A stretch of 64,000 nucleotides of DNA, from assembly GCF_963921235.1 (NCBI RefSeq), contig NC_086109.1, positions 36,582,001 to 36,646,000 of the forward strand, written 5' to 3'. This DNA comes from Mobula hypostoma (Eukaryota). Below the pieces are notes generated by a model. It saw only the letters and a list, made by a program, of their open reading frames with translations, did not search any database and had not been told where the DNA came from. The position numbers were made by a program, and so were the translations under genes. Of this stretch, positions 60,595-64,000 are shown in pieces. Every line of letters begins with the position of its first letter. Positions within the stretch are counted from its first letter, which is position 1.

Positions 60595-61030
60595 ATTGGA
60601 TAGCCTGCACTTGATGGCATGAACATCAATTTCTCCAACTCCTTGTAATTTCTACCACCTTTTGTTTCTCTCCTTTCCATTCCCCACTCTGGTTCCCCTC
60701 TACCCCTTTTCTTCCTCTCATCTATTACACCCCTTTAGTGCTCTTCTTCCTTCCTTTTCGTCCATCTGCACTCTCCTTTCACCTTTCACCTTTTCCACCT
60801 CCCACCTCCATGTTTCTTCCTTCATGCTCTTTCCCCCACCCAACCTGGCTTCCTCAATTATTTTCCAGTTTGTACCCCTTCCCCTTCCCACATCTTCTTA
60901 TTCTGGCTTCTTTCCCCTTCCTTTTCAGTCCTGAGGAAGGGTCTTAGCCCAAAACATCGACTCTTTATTCCTCGCCATAGTTGCTGCCTGATATGAGGAG
61001 TTCCTCTAGCATTTTGTGTGGATTTCCAGC
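60595..61030 (+). mobile_element. Old PLE 3' end with a decayed hammerhead (60927-60962)
   Basis: DGMNINFSN ORF end as at 10688-10722, pyrimidine spacer, then AGTC-CTGAGGA-AGGGTCTTAGCCC-AAAAC-ATC-GACT. Confidence 0.8.
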
Positions 61031-63114
61031 ATCTGCAGAATCTCGTGTGTTAAACATTGTTTTCATATTTCAAAGGTGATATGAACTCTTATTGGGGTTA
61101 TGATCTCACAGAACCATCCTGTATTTCCCCTCTGACCAAAAAAGAGCAATTCTAAACATTGTATCATTGCACAATCCCATCACCTCAGTCCTGCATACCC
61201 AGACACAGAGAGTTTCACTTGGGATTTTGATCAAAACTAACTAATTTAGTGTTTCATGGAGGGCAAAATGTGAAAATGAAAGAAGGAAATTAAGCTGGTG
61301 TAGCAATTGCACATAAAAAACAGTCCGACATTGAGAGGGCAGTAGCCGAGAGGAAAGTAGAGATATCAGTGATACTAAATAACTTGCAGCAGAATATAGT
61401 TGAGATCAGAGGAATGTGCTCCCTTGACACATCACAATGTGCATAACAAGGAGAGGCCTGAGCATGGGCTTGATTTTCTGCAGCACTACCTGGGATGTAA
61501 TTTTAGTCTGTAAGATGACTAATGACTTCAGTAACATCCAGCCTTTGCCTGTCTTTGGTAATCTTCACAGCAAAGGTTCCCTCACCTCTATGTCAGTCAA
61601 ATAAAGCTCAGTGAATTTTGTCATTTCAGTTCAGCAGAGAGACCAAAGACTAAGCTCTAGACTTTCATCACTTTCCTGACCTTCAGCTAAATGTCAATGT
61701 TTCATTTCAGCTTAGTACAAGGCTGACAGGCATTCACTTAGGAATCTGTTTTTTTCTGAAAAAATGTCAGTTAAGCAACTAATTTATGGTGAAGACAGCT
61801 CCATGTACCCTATACAGAAACAATGTAAGATTCTTAATTACATTATCCCTTTATTATTCAATCTTGGATTACAAAGAACCTTAAAACTGGTTCAAAAGTA
61901 TAATTACTGAATCAGTAACTTCATGACAGTGTTAGAAAAATCAGTAAGCAACAATTGAAGGTGAATAACAGACTGGAAATGTTAGACACTCTAATCTGCA
62001 ATCAGGCTCCCATAGTTTGCTTTTCTGTTCCATCATATTAAATTCCAGATGAGCGAAATTAAGGAAAATTCCAAGGCACTTTGTAGATATGTTAAAAACA
62101 ACAGAACAACTAGGCAGAAGACTACTAAAGGACCGTGGTGGTGGTGGTGGGGGGGGGGTGCGGGAAGGAATTTTGCTCAGAGTATATGGGTAAAATAACT
62201 AAATAAATGACAAATTCACCAAGGAGAAGATCCTGGAGCAGGGTGTGATCAGGGGGAGATGTGCTGATATTCAAGGGCAAGTTCAGGAGAAAGAAGGGTT
62301 AGGTCTCTTGTATGAGGTCCATTCGGTAGCTATGTCCCCAGATCCTGATGAGTTACTGAGAGTGGCAAATAAGGAGATTGCTGGGGCTTTCAAAGAAACC
62401 TTTGCATCTTCGTTAGTGACAGGCAACATCCCAGAGAAAAGGAGAATATACAATATTATACCTTTGCTAATTAAGGGCAATAGGGAGAATCTAGAAAATT
62501 ATAGGTCTTTGAGTCTTATATCAGTGGCAGGCAATTTTACTGGAGAAGATTCTTATTGGTAAGATCAACTCATAATGGAAAAACAAAAACATATTTGCAT
62601 TCGGGGTGGTCAACATGGTTTATGCAAGATCAGTCATCTCTTTATATAGGTTATGAATTTGATTGAGTTTCTTTTTGAGGGAGTGATGAAAACGGTTGTT
62701 GAAGACAGGATAATGGATGTTTTACTGTATACATAAAACTTACTAAGGCATTCAGCAAGGTGCCTTATGGTAGGCTGATCTAAAAGGTTAAGCCATGTGA
62801 AATCCATGATGAATTGGCACTTGCTGGAGAAAGCAGAAGGTGATGGGGGAAGTCTTTGACCAGTGCAGATCTGAAAGGATCAGTGCGGGGGCCTATATAT
62901 AAGTGTTTTGGACAAATATATCAGATATTTGTAGATATTACAAAAGTTGGCAGAGTTGTGGATAGTGAAGAAAATTGTTGAAAGATACATCAGTATATAG
63001 TTGGAAATACAGATTGCATACAATACGCAGTACATACTATGATAATAAATGTACTTTGAAATATAGGTTAAAAAAAAGTGGCAGGTGGTATTTAACCTGG
63101 GTAATTATGAGGTG

Positions 63115-63380
63115 TTTCTTCTTCTTCTTCTTCAGACTATTGCCCCTGCTGTGGCATAGACTGCCAACAGCAGCTCACGAGAGTCCTTGGTCCTGGGCCA
63201 GTTTTTCAAGTCTTCTCATGTGTGGCCCATCATCATGGTGTTTCCTTCCTCTCCCAGGGGTGAGGTCTTTGTGGTTTCTGGCATTTCTATAGCACTAGAT
63301 TTTTACAAGATGGGGTTGCTAGCCGCATGGCAACCCTTCTCTTTTCACAGCTGGGCTTGGGACTGTCCATGGTGGAGTTA
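63115..63380 (-). mobile_element. Short retroposon with a (GAA)n tail, possibly RTE-related
   Basis: (TTC)n run at 63116-63134 followed by a distinct GC-richer segment. Confidence 0.4.
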
Positions 63381-63494
63381 TGAGGCGTTTAGCAGGTCAG
63401 ATTTAAGAGAGAAGTATACAGTAGCAGGGCCTCTAGAAGCGTTGATATACAGAGAGATCTTAGTGTATATGAAGACAGCTCCCTAAAAGTGGCT

Positions 63495-63790
63495 TCACAG
63501 TAGAGTAGTGGTTAGTGTAATACTATTACAGCTCTGAACGTCAGAGTTTGGAGTTCACTTCCAGCATAGTCTATAAGAAGTTTGTGACTGCATGGGTTTC
63601 CTTTGGGTGGTCCGGTTTCCTCCCACATTCCAAAGATGTATCGGTTAGTAAGTTAATTGGTCATTGTAATTTGTCCTGTGATTAGGCTAGGATTAGGTAG
63701 GTGATTTTCTGGGTGGTGCAGCTCTTCGCGATGGAAGGGCCTGTTCCACGGTATACCTCTAAATAAATAAATAAATAAATAAATAATAAA
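63495..63790 (+). mobile_element. V-SINE (HE1-like)
   Basis: GGAGTTCACTTCC B-box, V-domain GGGTTTCC...TCCGGTTTCCTCCCACATTCCAAAGA and (TAAA)n tail. Confidence 0.8.
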
Positions 63791-64000
63791 CTAACAAAAG
63801 AAAGTATATAGCATATTTACCACTTTACAGCAAGGATGTGGAGGCTTTAGAAAGGATGCAGAAATGGTTCACTAAGATGTTAACTTTTTTAGAGAGTATT
63901 ATCTAAAAGGAAAGATTGAATAAACTCTGAATGTTTTCTTTGGAGTCTCAAGGTGGAAGAATGCTCCAATGGAAGTACATGAAATTTTGAGAAATATAGT

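Larger units (their letters stand above)
62050..64000 (+). mobile_element. Old CR1 ORF2 remnants, interrupted by younger inserts
   Basis: SPDPD, ENYRSLSLISVAG, KAFSKVPYGRL and ALERMQKWFTKML. Confidence 0.7.

Overview
This is eukaryotic, vertebrate-type DNA, and it is dominated by transposable elements. The repeat repertoire (CR1 and Rex1/Babar LINEs, HE1/V-type SINEs, Penelope elements) suggests a cartilaginous fish such as a ray or shark; that assignment is inference. I recognise no host protein-coding gene, rRNA, genuine tRNA or CRISPR array. Main contents: (1) A complete but decayed endogenous retrovirus at 39128-48726 (+). It has two LTRs, a 5-bp GGATT target-site duplication, gag/pro/pol with ERV-L (class III)-like motifs, no dUTPase, and a remnant env-like gene behind a splice acceptor. 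Four younger elements sit inside it. (2) A decayed Gypsy LTR retrotransposon at about 4400-9552 (-). (3) A nested stack of CR1 and Rex/Babar LINEs at 23366-32660 that includes a near full-length CR1 split by a second young CR1. (4) Many Penelope-like element (PLE) pieces carrying minimal hammerhead ribozyme motifs. Several are short fold-back inserts flanked by 13-14 bp duplications. (5) A Dong/R4 restriction-like-endonuclease LINE, solo LTRs, SINEs and a Tc1 remnant. Boundaries of old fragments are approximate because they were read by eye.
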